A stretch of DNA of 64,000 nucleotides from Eledone cirrhosa (Eukaryota): contig OZ024745.1 in the NCBI GenBank assembly GCA_964016885.1, positions 46,872,001 to 46,936,000 of the forward strand, read 5' to 3'. The position numbers were made by a program, and so were the translations under genes. This document shows, one piece after another, positions 63,783 through 64,000 of this stretch; the stretch's first letter is position 1, and each line of letters opens with the position of its first letter. The notes beneath the pieces are model-generated. The model did not search any database. It worked only from the letters and a program-made list of their open reading frames with translations, and was not told the DNA's origin.

Positions 63783-64000
63783 ACCCCGTTCTTTATTTGG
63801 GTGCCCCGTTTTTTTTATGGGGAGGGGTCCCTTTTTTATTTGGGTGCCCCGTTTTTTTATGGGGGGGTCCGTTTTTTAATTGGGTACCCCCGTTTTTTAT
63901 TTGGGTGTCCCGTTTTTTTTATGGGGGTCCGTTTTTTATTTGGTTACCCTGTTTTTTATTTGGGTGCCCCGTTTTTTTATGGGGGGTCCGTTTTTTTATT

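Larger units (their letters stand above)
1..64000 (+). repeat. Satellite DNA tandem array, ~20-bp monomer ATTTGGGTGCCCCGTTTTTT (about 3,200 monomers), running off both window ends
   Basis: Every line consists of this monomer or variants of it. Clean 20-bp periodicity is visible at e.g. 10141-10210, 15591-15710 and 38841-39060. Orientation is the same throughout and no unique sequence was seen. The monomer count is simply 64000/20. Confidence 0.99.
37600..64000 (+). repeat. Domain 3: A'-A-B 60-bp trimeric higher-order repeat (GGTACC-rich) with shuffled 0.2-2 kb modules
   Basis: The trimer ATTTGGGTACCCCGT6-ATTTGGGTGCCCCGT7-ATGGGGGGGTCCGT6 appears at e.g. 45857-46040 and 49713-49950. Recurring markers are ATGAGGGTGGG, TTAAGGGGGG, GTGCCATG, ATGTGGGGGTCTG and ATGCGGGGG. 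Confidence 0.9.

Noticed and set aside
1-64000. CRISPR array, or repeat-spacer system with B monomers as spacers
   Set aside because: There are no unique spacers. The intervening units are homologous to the repeat, and no leader or cas-like ORF is present.
1-64000. Rho-independent terminators (GGG..CCC followed by a T-tract in each monomer) or Pol III T-run terminators
   Set aside because: The stem is 3 bp with a 2-nt loop, too weak to count, and there is no upstream gene. The pattern is intrinsic to the monomer.
37600-64000. GGTGCC to GGTACC as fungal RIP or an editing signature (CpA to TpA on the minus strand)
   Set aside because: The change occupies a preferred slot in the trimer and is inherited in duplicated blocks, while other G/C positions are not eroded. 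Amplification of an ancestral variant explains it.
1-64000. Whole window as a sequencing or synthetic artefact
   Set aside because: Rare variants recur in conserved order at multi-kb offsets with graded divergence, which random error would not produce. Individual duplications and homopolymer lengths still need read validation.
1-64000. tRNA, rRNA, other structured ncRNA, or replication iterons
   Set aside because: No non-repeat sequence, conserved RNA motif or rep gene is present. With almost no A on the + strand, only short local pairing is available.

Overview
The whole 64 kb window is one uninterrupted, head-to-tail tandem array of a ~20-bp satellite (consensus ATTTGGGTGCCCCGTTTTTT). I see no credible gene, RNA gene, transposon, CRISPR array or inversion. 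The hundreds of ORFs are a by-product of a repeat whose + strand has no stop codon in any frame. The structure lies in how the array is organised. There are three monomer classes: A = ATTTGGGTGCCCCGTTTTTT, A' = ATTTGGGTACCCCGTTTTTT and B = (T)ATGGGGGGGTCCGTTTTTT. They form three domains: A-rich with large near-identical duplications (1-~20.0 kb), AB/AAB with long poly-G tracts (~21.3-37.6 kb), and A'AB 60-bp trimers (~37.6-64 kb). A degenerate seam lies at ~20.0-21.3 kb. Nested duplications run from 79 bp to ~7.5-8 kb. This looks like eukaryotic heterochromatic satellite DNA (inference). Organism and chromosomal position cannot be determined from the sequence. I found no evidence for a novel protein-coding system. 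Offsets and mismatch counts were read by eye from private variants and the ORF track, and boundaries are approximate to about one or two monomers.
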